Source: a virus (Duplodnaviria; Caudoviricetes). Taken from it: a DNA stretch of 32,138 nt. Position 1 is the first letter of the stretch. Each line of letters starts with the position of its first letter. A program made the translations under genes and the position numbers. Shown piece after piece: positions 9,437-16,556 of the stretch. The stretch spans positions 1 to 32,138 of IMG/VR virus record IMGVR_UViG_3300043414_000965, one strand, 5' to 3'. The notes beneath the pieces were generated by a model, which saw nothing but the letters and a program-made list of their open reading frames with translations, was not told where the DNA came from and made no database searches.

Positions 9437-9657
9437 TTGAAATTTTTATACCTGTATTGTTTATGTGCCTAAATGACAATTGTAATTTTATGCAATCACA
9501 GAATGTTTATAAGTCGGAAGCACAATGCAGATTATCAATTGATAATCAAAAAACACACATGCTTGAAGTTGCTAATCAAGCTGGTCAGCCAAAGATGACT
9601 ATACTTGAAGGTACTTGTATTAATACTAAAATTGAAAATACAGGAAAGAAAATATGA
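9433..9657 (+). CDS. Hypothetical small Cys-containing, possibly exported protein
   Basis: Hydrophobic N-terminus, four Cys, ATGA overlaps on both sides. Confidence 0.65.
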   Translation: MIEIFIPVLFMCLNDNCNFMQSQNVYKSEAQCRLSIDNQKTHMLEVANQAGQPKMTILEGTCINTKIENTGKKI

Positions 9658-9935
9658 TTGATTTACATTTCAAACTTAACAATCCATGGAGTGAACGTTG
9701 GAATTTTCTTTGGTCTAAACATAGAATGATTGCCAAATACAAAGCCTGGGAATTAGGTTTATATCGTACAAATAGTATTGTTGAATTATATTTTCACTAT
9801 AGAATAAGATGTGACCATGCTGGAGTTAAATTTATGTTCAGTTTATTTGGCTACACTATTGAATTAAATTTATACGATACCCGTCATTGGGATTATGATA
9901 ATAAAACTTGGGGCACATATGCGGAATCAAGCTGA
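9654..9935 (+). CDS. Hypothetical protein
   Basis: ATGA overlap; aromatic-rich, YDTRHWDY. Confidence 0.65.
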   Translation: MIDLHFKLNNPWSERWNFLWSKHRMIAKYKAWELGLYRTNSIVELYFHYRIRCDHAGVKFMFSLFGYTIELNLYDTRHWDYDNKTWGTYAESS

Positions 9936-10212
9936 ATACTTTAAAGAGAATCGTCATGTAGCCAAATATGAATTTGGTGAACGTATTTTTGGATACTGGA
10001 ATAAAATCCCATTCATTGGTACAATTGGCAATGATACCGTAATCAATGAAACTGTTGGACCACAGTTTAGTATCCATCTAGATTTACCAATATGCTTTGA
10101 AAATGTAACATATAATGTTATAGTAGATAAACAAAGTAATTTTAAAAAGATTACAAAACTAATAGAAATGGAAGAAGATGTCAAAACCACTAATCGCAAA
10201 ACCCGTCGTTAA
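9919..10212 (+). CDS. Hypothetical protein (SH3-like possible)
   Basis: ATG 9919; YEFGERIFGYWNKIPFIGTIG. Confidence 0.65.
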   Translation: MRNQAEYFKENRHVAKYEFGERIFGYWNKIPFIGTIGNDTVINETVGPQFSIHLDLPICFENVTYNVIVDKQSNFKKITKLIEMEEDVKTTNRKTRR

Positions 10213-10636
10213 AAATCAATTTTGGATTGTTACCAACGGTGAAGAAAAAGTAGGAAATGTGATTGCCGATGGGTCTGGGTTTGAAGTAAAACTTAACGGC
10301 AATAAAACACATTTTAAAAATACTAATGCAATTAAAAAGCAAACTAGTATAGAGTTCCAAACAATTAAGATAGATAAAAATAAAAAAGAAGTACCCTTCA
10401 ACGAATACCCAACTACAAAGAAGGTATTTAATTCTATACTTGATATCAAACGCAAAATTCATCTGTTCACTAAAACGCAGAAAAGCAAGTGTTTTCACGC
10501 TGCAGGATGGTATGTACTGTATCAAGGTGACTTTCCGGCTGTCACATTTTGCCCTAAATACATCTTTATCCAGCGGTATGAGTATCTAGGTCCGTTCAAA
10601 ACTGAGGATGAGGCAAAAAAACTGATAAATATCTAA
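10178..10636 (+). CDS. Hypothetical phage protein
   Basis: 152-aa ORF in a coupled run of genes. Confidence 0.75.
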   Translation: MSKPLIAKPVVKNQFWIVTNGEEKVGNVIADGSGFEVKLNGNKTHFKNTNAIKKQTSIEFQTIKIDKNKKEVPFNEYPTTKKVFNSILDIKRKIHLFTKTQKSKCFHAAGWYVLYQGDFPAVTFCPKYIFIQRYEYLGPFKTEDEAKKLINI

Positions 10637-10836
10637 TGATTCATATCAAACGGTTTATTGACAGAGTAGCTAATATTGAAACTAGACAGGGTAAAGATGT
10701 GGTTATTCCATTATCTGATGCTCGGGGACTACGTGATGAATTAGCTAAACTATTAGTAGATCACTATGAAAGTACTGAAGGAAAGAAGAACACTTCCGAA
10801 GTTATTCAAGTTGAACTAGTCGGAGGTAAATTTTAA
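10636..10836 (+). CDS. Hypothetical protein
   Basis: TAATG overlaps on both sides. Confidence 0.7.
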   Translation: MIHIKRFIDRVANIETRQGKDVVIPLSDARGLRDELAKLLVDHYESTEGKKNTSEVIQVELVGGKF

Positions 10837-11129
10837 TGAGTAGAACACAACCAAAAGTATTATTGGAACTTGTAGATAAGGTAACATACAAGTCTGATCA
10901 AATAGTAGAAGCCAGTGGCATATGGGCTGTATTCTATGATGGCCAACCTATAAACTTAAAGTCACAGCACTATCAAGATCCAGATGCTACTCCCAAGTAC
11001 AAGAAAACAAGTTTCAGTAACCCAGGACATGCACGTAATCTTTGTCGCAAACTAAACACACAATTTAAAACAGATAAATTCACTGTTGTGTTTATGAATA
11101 ATGGTACTATAGTGTACCCAGATGAGTGA
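10836..11129 (+). CDS. Hypothetical phage protein
   Basis: GGAGG SD; KYKKTSFSNPGHARNL. Confidence 0.75.
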   Translation: MSRTQPKVLLELVDKVTYKSDQIVEASGIWAVFYDGQPINLKSQHYQDPDATPKYKKTSFSNPGHARNLCRKLNTQFKTDKFTVVFMNNGTIVYPDE

Positions 11130-11511
11130 TAGAAAAAAACTAAAATACACTATCACTAGAGCAGTTATGGATCAACTGCCTAGCAACAACACTTCAATTG
11201 AAACAATCATAAGTGATTGGTGGTTCACCAAATCAGGTGATAGCCTACGCCTAACACCACAGGGCGATATAAAATTCAAAGAAGCACAGATAGAATATTT
11301 TGATCTACCAGTTAAAGTTAAGAAAACCAATTGGTATAAGTTTCTAACTGAATGTAATAAGAAAATTAAATGTCCATATTACTTTAGTGTAAATAAAGGT
11401 GGAGAAACAAAAGAACCTTTCATAAGACTATACGATAGTAAAATAGCAATGATGCTAGCACTATATGGTGATATAGAAAGTTATTTAGAATCAGTGAGGA
11501 TACGACAATGA
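11122..11511 (+). CDS. Hypothetical protein
   Basis: 129-aa ORF overlapping upstream stop. Confidence 0.7.
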   Translation: MSDRKKLKYTITRAVMDQLPSNNTSIETIISDWWFTKSGDSLRLTPQGDIKFKEAQIEYFDLPVKVKKTNWYKFLTECNKKIKCPYYFSVNKGGETKEPFIRLYDSKIAMMLALYGDIESYLESVRIRQ

Positions 11512-11684
11512 CAGAAGAAAAGAAAAGCAAGAATCCATTCATAGCAATGGCACAAGAAGCTAAAAAGAAAAACGCAGCGGCACATCCTGGATTAGGTAAA
11601 GCTCCTAAGAGTCAAGGACCTAAAGCAAATACTAAGGGATTCGGTGGGGCAAATGTTACACGTAGAGCAGGTCGTGGTGGTTAA
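11508..11684 (+). CDS. 58-aa basic, low-complexity protein ending RRAGRGG (not in ORF track)
   Basis: GAGG SD, ATGA overlap; MTEEKKSKNPFIAMAQEAKKKNAAAHPGLGKAPKSQGPKANTKGFGGANVTRRAGRGG. Confidence 0.65.
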   Translation: MTEEKKSKNPFIAMAQEAKKKNAAAHPGLGKAPKSQGPKANTKGFGGANVTRRAGRGG

Positions 11685-12175
11685 TACCACTCACCTTCAT
11701 TACGCATACGTTTAATAAAAGACAAGTAATTACTACATACACCAAAGCAACGTAGGTGTACTGTACTATACATTCCTCTATCTTGTATCTCGGGTAGAAA
11801 TATAACACTACTATTGTTTATGGCAACTGTTCCCGGGGTAATAATCTTTCCATTACTTGCGGTTACAGGAGTACTTTCTGTATCAGTAGGGAACCAGAAG
11901 TAATTTGGATATAACTTACTAGGTTGTGTTGCTATCCATGTTTGCATCTCATCATTCATGGCATTGATCCAAAATCTAGGACCTTGTAAGTATTTTTCGG
12001 TTACTTGTGTTATGGGTTGATCCACGCCCAAATAGGGTATTCCATTGTCACGCCAAACATTGACCATAGTGCTGAACCCAGCATTCATGGATTTGGTTAT
12101 TTGTTTTGGGGTAGCAGCATCCTCAAAATTGGTGCCGTCGTAGATTCCCTGATAAGAGATATATTGTAAACGCAT
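11681..12175 (-). CDS. Glycerophosphodiester phosphodiesterase (PLC-like) fold protein, catalytically degenerate
   Basis: ISYQG (vs SHRG), GFSTMVNVW (vs GFDVEIDVW), YLGVDQP (vs LGHD), GVCSNY (vs GICSD). Confidence 0.6.
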   Translation of the reverse strand: MRLQYISYQGIYDGTNFEDAATPKQITKSMNAGFSTMVNVWRDNGIPYLGVDQPITQVTEKYLQGPRFWINAMNDEMQTWIATQPSKLYPNYFWFPTDTESTPVTASNGKIITPGTVAINNSSVIFLPEIQDRGMYSTVHLRCFGVCSNYLSFIKRMRNEGEWY

Positions 12176-12179
12176 TTAG

Positions 12180-12186
12180 TATTTAG
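12180..12186 (-). promoter_or_regulatory. Late-like promoter CTAAATA, 4 nt upstream of ATG 12175
   Basis: TATTTAG on + strand. Confidence 0.5.
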
Positions 12187-12190
12187 TCTT

Positions 12191-12219
12191 GTCAACGGAA
12201 CCGTGGGCTACGGCGTTAT
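12191..12219 (+). promoter_or_regulatory. ECF-sigma-like promoter
   Basis: GTCAAC-17 nt-CGTTAT. Confidence 0.35.
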
Positions 12220-12225
12220 ATATAT

Positions 12226-12396
12226 ATGCAAGACAAAAATCAACTTGATGACTACGAAACGAAAAAGGATAAAACCGAACCGTTTCAGGAACAGTATTTG
12301 CCCACTAGTTATGATTGGAGATTATCCAATTGTGATGAAAGGCGTACATGTCGTTGTAAACTCAAAGATGATGCTGTTAAGCATAAATTTCATTAA
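12226..12396 (+). CDS. Possible 56-aa leaderless ORF
   Basis: MQDKNQLDDYETKKDKTEPFQEQYLPTSYDWRLSNCDERRTCRCKLKDDAVKHKFH; fills intergenic gap; no SD. Confidence 0.35.
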   Translation: MQDKNQLDDYETKKDKTEPFQEQYLPTSYDWRLSNCDERRTCRCKLKDDAVKHKFH

Positions 12397-12415
12397 CACT
12401 AAAAGGAAACTTCAA

Positions 12416-12673
12416 ATGAAAACAATCGCTACTCTTATCGCTACTTTGGTAACTACTCTTGCTTTTGCAACTGAGCCTGCCAAGACTCCCGCAGCCCCTG
12501 CTGCTCCCGCTGTAACCGCTTCTGCTCCTGCTGCTCCAGCTAAGGACGAGATGAAATTAGCCAAGAAGAAGGAGGACAAGAAGGCTGATGCGACCAAAAG
12601 TAAGCCAGCTAAACCTGCCAAAGACAAAAAAGCTACAGCTAAGACTGAGCCAGCAGCACCAGCTACCAAGTAA
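12416..12673 (+). CDS. Exported Ala/Pro/Lys-rich low-complexity protein
   Basis: AAGGA SD; signal peptide MKTIATLIATLVTTLAFA; PAAPA and KPAK repeats. Confidence 0.75.
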   Translation: MKTIATLIATLVTTLAFATEPAKTPAAPAAPAVTASAPAAPAKDEMKLAKKKEDKKADATKSKPAKPAKDKKATAKTEPAAPATK

Positions 12674-12878
12674 TACAATAATAGACGATGATGATGACGA
12701 TGATGGTCCGGAAGATTTAGACTGTCATCGTTCATATAGTCGTCCCAAAGTTTACAAAGTTGATGAACAAGTTGTAGATTTAGGTGATGACCCGTTATCT
12801 GATTATGTATTAGTTAGGTTAGCCGTTGCAAGAGCAAAAGCCTTGACAAAATATAGAGAAATCTATACAATAGCATAA
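12588..12878 (+). CDS. Possible acidic protein overlapping the upstream gene by 86 nt
   Basis: Poly-Asp tract then protein-like C-terminus; AAGGAGG and GAAGG upstream of ATG 12588. Confidence 0.4.
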   Translation: MRPKVSQLNLPKTKKLQLRLSQQHQLPSNTIIDDDDDDDGPEDLDCHRSYSRPKVYKVDEQVVDLGDDPLSDYVLVRLAVARAKALTKYREIYTIA

Positions 12879-12881
12879 ATA
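12843..12881 (+). promoter_or_regulatory. sigma70 promoter plus adjacent late box driving the small-gene operon
   Basis: TTGACA-17 nt-TACAAT (12843-12871), TAAATA 12876-12881. Confidence 0.65.
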
Positions 12882-12933
12882 CAGTTATAGAGTTCTGTAT
12901 AAAAACTCTTTAACACACTTACACGGAGAATAC

Positions 12934-13107
12934 ATGTTAAACCAAATAGCTAGCTATTTTAATAGCCTAATCAATAACTTCAGCAGACCACAGACTTATG
13001 GCTCTGCATTAGAAGAATACATCATGCGTCATGCACCACAAACATCATGTGATGTAGACCGTCTCACCCGTCAATTTGAAATGCAAGAAACGGGAAGAGG
13101 ATGGTAA
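12934..13107 (+). CDS. 57-aa protein, weakly DUF3563-like (not in ORF track)
   Basis: GGAG SD; MLNQIASYFNSLINNFSRPQTYGSALEEYIMRHAPQTSCDVDRLTRQFEMQETGRGW. Confidence 0.65.
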   Translation: MLNQIASYFNSLINNFSRPQTYGSALEEYIMRHAPQTSCDVDRLTRQFEMQETGRGW

Positions 13108-13109
13108 TC

Positions 13110-13244
13110 ATGCAAGTATTAAAATCAATTTACAACTTCTTAGCTGAAATGGGCCGCGCCCGTGCAGCTACACATCTTGCCCGCAGCGGTGATTATGCTG
13201 GCGCTCGCCGCATTATGATGGAAGATTTTAAGGGCTGGATATGA
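13110..13244 (+). CDS. 44-aa amphipathic protein (not in ORF track)
   Basis: GAGG SD; MQVLKSIYNFLAEMGRARAATHLARSGDYAGARRIMMEDFKGWI. Confidence 0.6.
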   Translation: MQVLKSIYNFLAEMGRARAATHLARSGDYAGARRIMMEDFKGWI

Positions 13245-13393
13245 TTATGGAAGAAATGTTCGCCCTACAATTTTTGTTTATGATATCACTTATGGTGGTA
13301 CACTTTGTTAGAGAATTACTAACATACTGGTGGCCTGTAACGGATGAAGAATGGGAACGATTGAATTACCCTGAAAAATTTCAATCTAACTAA
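13241..13393 (+). CDS. 50-aa single-TM protein (not in ORF track)
   Basis: ATGA overlap; MIMEEMFALQFLFMISLMVVHFVRELLTYWWPVTDEEWERLNYPEKFQSN. Confidence 0.55.
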   Translation: MIMEEMFALQFLFMISLMVVHFVRELLTYWWPVTDEEWERLNYPEKFQSN

Positions 13394-13402
13394 GGATATA
13401 TT

Positions 13403-13654
13403 ATGTTTACACCTGATTTTTATATAGAAATGTTCCAGACCTCAAAAAGGATGGCAACTAATCAAATTTTCAAAGACGAGAGATTAAATAAGGTTGCCAA
13501 CGACTTTATAGATGCCCAAACAATCTTTGCTAAAATGCTAGCAAAGAATACAATAGAAATGTTATCTTATGCTGCCGACAGCATGAGCAAAACAATTTAT
13601 CCTCATAGTGAGGACAAAATAGTCAAGGCAAAGACTGAGAAAAAAATAAGCTAA
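13403..13654 (+). CDS. Helical small protein, possibly phasin-like
   Basis: AAGGA SD; amphipathic helices (..FIDAQTIFAKML..). Confidence 0.6.
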   Translation: MFTPDFYIEMFQTSKRMATNQIFKDERLNKVANDFIDAQTIFAKMLAKNTIEMLSYAADSMSKTIYPHSEDKIVKAKTEKKIS

Positions 13655-13682
13655 CACACAGACATAACACAAGGAGATTAAT

Positions 13683-13958
13683 ATGTCACAATTTGAAACA
13701 CCAAAATTACCTGAAGTAAAATTCAACAAAAACGGTTACGAGATTCGTAGCGATATTCTAACGCTGGCTAAAGACTTGGTTGGTCAAGAATTCCAATACA
13801 AGTGGGCTGGCTGGGAAATGTCAGCAAAGCGTGACGAGAAAACCGGTCAAATGGTCGGAACGGTCAACATGCCCGAGTATCCAGGTCTAGACAAGATTTT
13901 AGAAACTGCTGAAAAGATGTATGGTTTTGTAAACCAAAACACACCTTCTAAGAAGTAA
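13683..13958 (+). CDS. Hypothetical phage protein
   Basis: AAGGAG SD; KNGYEIRSDIL.LAKD..ILETAEKMYGFV. Confidence 0.75.
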   Translation: MSQFETPKLPEVKFNKNGYEIRSDILTLAKDLVGQEFQYKWAGWEMSAKRDEKTGQMVGTVNMPEYPGLDKILETAEKMYGFVNQNTPSKK

Positions 13959-13968
13959 TTCTAGCCCC

Positions 13969-13994
13969 AAAATGCCCCAAAAATGGGGCATTTT
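13969..13994. terminator. Intrinsic, probably bidirectional terminator
   Basis: AAAATGCCCCA-aaaa-TGGGGCATTTT perfect 11-bp inverted repeat after the operon end. Confidence 0.8.
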
Positions 13995-14009
13995 CACGGG
14001 TAAAAAAGG

Positions 14010-14066
14010 TTGACATTAAATGGATTTGGGTATATAATATAGACTTAGACAGTTAATTAAAGGACT
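14010..14066 (+). repeat. ~57-bp early promoter/RBS module, copy 1
   Basis: TTGACA-ttaaatggatttgggta-TATAAT-ataga-CTTAGACAGT-taattaaAGGAct. Confidence 0.9.
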
Positions 14067-14071
14067 AGAAA

Positions 14072-14338
14072 ATGGCTAAAAAAATCTCTATCAAAGTTTT
14101 TGCAGACCCCGGCCATGCTTGGGCACGTTTCCCCAAAGCTAAGTTGGTCCAGCTTGGTATTGCTGATAAGATTTCTACTTACAGCTACCAAAATGGTGCT
14201 AATGCTTTTTTGGAAGAGGACTGTGATTTGTCAGTACTAGTGGTCGCTTTGCGTGACCGTGGGTATGAGATTAAATTTAACGAAAGCCACGCTAATAAGC
14301 AAAGCAAAATCCGCAATTACTCTACATACCGGGCTTGA
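14072..14338 (+). CDS. Early hypothetical protein
   Basis: ADPGHAW..ISTYSYQ..FLEEDCD; sits between module copies 1 and 2. Confidence 0.75.
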   Translation: MAKKISIKVFADPGHAWARFPKAKLVQLGIADKISTYSYQNGANAFLEEDCDLSVLVVALRDRGYEIKFNESHANKQSKIRNYSTYRA

Positions 14339-14390
14339 CATTAAATGGTTTCGGGTATATAATAGAATCTTAGACAGTAAACAAACGGAG
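14335..14390 (+). repeat. Early promoter/RBS module, copy 2
   Basis: TTGACA-ttaaatggtttcgggta-TATAAT-agaat-CTTAGACAGT-aaacaaacGGAG. Confidence 0.88.
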
Positions 14391-14396
14391 TTAATT

Positions 14397-14624
14397 ATGA
14401 ATCTCAATATCAACGATGCAATTTCTTGGACTAGTGCTGCCGGCGACCTGTCAGGTTATATCTCTAATATTTGTCTCAATCTTAATGCTGCTAATCAAGT
14501 TGTGCCCTGGATTGATGTTACATATATGCACGAAAACGGCCGTGAATGTAGTGTCCGTCTTTGCGCTACTGAATCAAATCTCAAGGCAATGCGTGTTGCT
14601 AAACTTAATACCGAAACTGTTTAA
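14397..14624 (+). CDS. Early hypothetical protein
   Basis: ATG 14397 follows GGAG of module copy 2. Confidence 0.7.
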   Translation: MNLNINDAISWTSAAGDLSGYISNICLNLNAANQVVPWIDVTYMHENGRECSVRLCATESNLKAMRVAKLNTETV

Positions 14625-14633
14625 GGAATAAAA

Positions 14634-15275
14634 ATGTCTCGCTTTCAAAAACCTGCTCCCCTCAATCTTAACGCCGATGATGTGTGGGCAGCCGCTAGCA
14701 TGGCACAACGACTAAATCAGGGCTATATAAAGGTTAGCGAAGATGCTCCTGCAGGGCAAACAAACCGCAATTTAGTAACGCAATATCTTGCCGACACTAG
14801 TAAGATTACCGACGAGGATCGTGAACAAGGTAAATTGGTTCGCAAATTCTATCAAGCATATACATTCAAAATCCTTAAAGGTATCAAGTTGTCTGATTTT
14901 GACAACACCGCGATGCTACTTGCGAATCGTGAAACTATTGATACAGGATTTGATATCGCAGTAATTACTAGTTTACCTTCAGGCTACGTGCGCGGTATGA
15001 AACGACAAACAGTGGACCAGCGCATAGTATTCGCTAAGGGCGGATTGATCGGTAGTGTAGGTGACAAAATGTCTCCTTCTATCGAGGTACTCAAATCTGT
15101 ATTCTCGCAAACTTGGAATACACATTACATTACTGGTATTACTAGTGATGACCAAGTGTTGTTCTTTGCGTACAAACAACAACTAGAAGTGGGCAAGCAG
15201 TTTGATATTTATGGAACTGTCAAAGCACACCGTGATAATACAACTCAACTTAATCGTGTAAAGGTAATCGTATGA
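14634..15275 (+). CDS. Hypothetical protein with probable C-terminal OB-fold
   Basis: AAGGA SD; IGSVGDK..LEVGKQFDIYGTVKAH..TQLNRVK. Confidence 0.7.
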   Translation: MSRFQKPAPLNLNADDVWAAASMAQRLNQGYIKVSEDAPAGQTNRNLVTQYLADTSKITDEDREQGKLVRKFYQAYTFKILKGIKLSDFDNTAMLLANRETIDTGFDIAVITSLPSGYVRGMKRQTVDQRIVFAKGGLIGSVGDKMSPSIEVLKSVFSQTWNTHYITGITSDDQVLFFAYKQQLEVGKQFDIYGTVKAHRDNTTQLNRVKVIV

Positions 15276-15418
15276 AAACAAAATTGGTATTGGTAATGTC
15301 GCTATTGACTTTTATTGCAGGATGTAGTACAGTAGCGGGTACAGTTCGTGGTGTTGGTGAAGATGTTAAAATCGGAACTGATACAGTATCTGGTTGGATT
15401 AAACCTAACAGCAAATAA
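15272..15418 (+). CDS. Entericidin EcnA/B-like small lipoprotein (not in ORF track)
   Basis: 48 aa MKTKLVLVMSLLTFIAGCSTVAGTVRGVGEDVKIGTDTVSGWIKPNSK; lipobox IAGC; RGVGED as in EcnB. Confidence 0.7.
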   Translation: MKTKLVLVMSLLTFIAGCSTVAGTVRGVGEDVKIGTDTVSGWIKPNSK

Positions 15419-15420
15419 TT

Positions 15421-15552
15421 ATGAGAAACTTTTTTCTAGGAACACTATTCGGTATCGTTATCGCTACTGTGGGTTTTAGCGGAGTCGCTAAACTACTTGA
15501 CGGTGGCGTTAGCAAAGTTAAATCTACTGTGCAAGAACAGGTTAAAGAATAA
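15421..15552 (+). CDS. 43-aa membrane peptide (not in ORF track)
   Basis: MRNFFLGTLFGIVIATVGFSGVAKLLDGGVSKVKSTVQEQVKE. Confidence 0.6.
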   Translation: MRNFFLGTLFGIVIATVGFSGVAKLLDGGVSKVKSTVQEQVKE

Positions 15553-15560
15553 GCCTTGAT

Positions 15561-15929
15561 ATGTCCAAACTATCATTGTTTCCGGGACTAGAGTTTAAGA
15601 CTGGTAACCGCCGACTAGGGGAAATTTCTATCCCTGACCATACAAAAGAAGCATTAGATAGTTATTTTCTTAAGGGCTATGAGCCCGGTGGTTTTCTTAC
15701 GAGTGTCCTTACTAACAATTTGTACGGTGCTGTGACTAGTGCGGATGTTGCCAATCGTCATGCTATCTATGAGATAGTTAAATGGTTAACTACTGATCCA
15801 ATAGTCCCCATACATAGTTGGGGTACCAAAGAGCATGTATCTAATTGGTTGGATGATGTTGGTGGTATCAGGACTAAGTTTGTAGAGAAGATGGAAAAAG
15901 AATATATTTGGGAAACACTGAAAGGTTAA
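15561..15929 (+). CDS. Hypothetical phage protein
   Basis: GYEPGGFLTSVLTNNL..ADVAN..SWG. Confidence 0.7.
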   Translation: MSKLSLFPGLEFKTGNRRLGEISIPDHTKEALDSYFLKGYEPGGFLTSVLTNNLYGAVTSADVANRHAIYEIVKWLTTDPIVPIHSWGTKEHVSNWLDDVGGIRTKFVEKMEKEYIWETLKG

Positions 15930-15930
15930 T

Positions 15931-16281
15931 ATGGCAGGCTGGAATACAATTCAAACAATTCGCAAGTTAGAAGAACGAGCAGATAAACTTGGCATGCGTT
16001 TTACTGCTTACAAGCATGATGACATGTATGGCGAGCATGTGGCATTAGTGCCAAAAGATAAAGACGCATTGCCTATCTACAGCCGTGATGCTATATTATT
16101 TGCTGGCTCATTAGAACATGCCGACAGGTTTATGCAAGGTGTGTTATGGGCACGAGAATACGACCGTATGGCCATTGATCGGAACAATGACAAAAAGCGT
16201 GAACGTAAAGAACAAGATGAACGCAATAAGCAAATGGTCAAAATCTTAAAAGAAGAAAAACTAAGTTTAGTAAAGACATAA
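15931..16281 (+). CDS. Hypothetical protein
   Basis: 116-aa ORF adjacent to upstream stop. Confidence 0.7.
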   Translation: MAGWNTIQTIRKLEERADKLGMRFTAYKHDDMYGEHVALVPKDKDALPIYSRDAILFAGSLEHADRFMQGVLWAREYDRMAIDRNNDKKRERKEQDERNKQMVKILKEEKLSLVKT

Positions 16282-16289
16282 ATAGTGTT

Positions 16290-16508
16290 ATGTTCAAAAA
16301 TATAATTATCGCAGGGTTGTCATTTATTGTTCTAATGCTTTGGGTTAAAGTTGATCCGGAATGTGTTAACAATAGTGATGATCCTAATTCGGTAATTATA
16401 GAATATCAATGCTCTGACCTATCTGATTACGAAAATGTACCACCCGAAGTCATTGAAGAATGCAGAGATAGGGCAAATCAATCAGTAAATCACAAAAATA
16501 ACACTTGA
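16290..16508 (+). CDS. Small membrane-anchored Cys-containing protein
   Basis: N-terminal TM; TAAATA 16279-16284 five nt before ATG. Confidence 0.65.
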   Translation: MFKNIIIAGLSFIVLMLWVKVDPECVNNSDDPNSVIIEYQCSDLSDYENVPPEVIEECRDRANQSVNHKNNT

Positions 16509-16533
16509 CATCCTTCCTAATAAATAGTATTAT
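16505..16533 (+). promoter_or_regulatory. sigma70 promoter with embedded TAAATA for ligase
   Basis: TTGACA-17 nt-TATTAT; TAAATA 16521-16526. Confidence 0.65.
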
Positions 16534-16556
16534 AGTAGTATATATAGGAGTTATAA

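Noticed and set aside
12203-12415. 156-aa version of the ORF starting at GTG 12203
   Set aside because: SD and signal peptide support ATG 12416; the extension overlaps the promoter-like motif and another small ORF
12684-12706. GAT/GAC triplet run as a functional DNA repeat
   Set aside because: Explained by poly-Asp coding; similar runs occur in other acidic ORFs
14010-14390. Two repeats about 325 bp apart (also 31575/31915) as a CRISPR array or attachment sites
   Set aside because: Repeats are promoter-RBS modules separated by whole genes; no 30-40 nt spacers, cas genes or integrase
14253-14396. N-terminal extension of the 14253-14624 ORF
   Set aside because: Runs through the upstream gene and promoter module; real start is likely 14397
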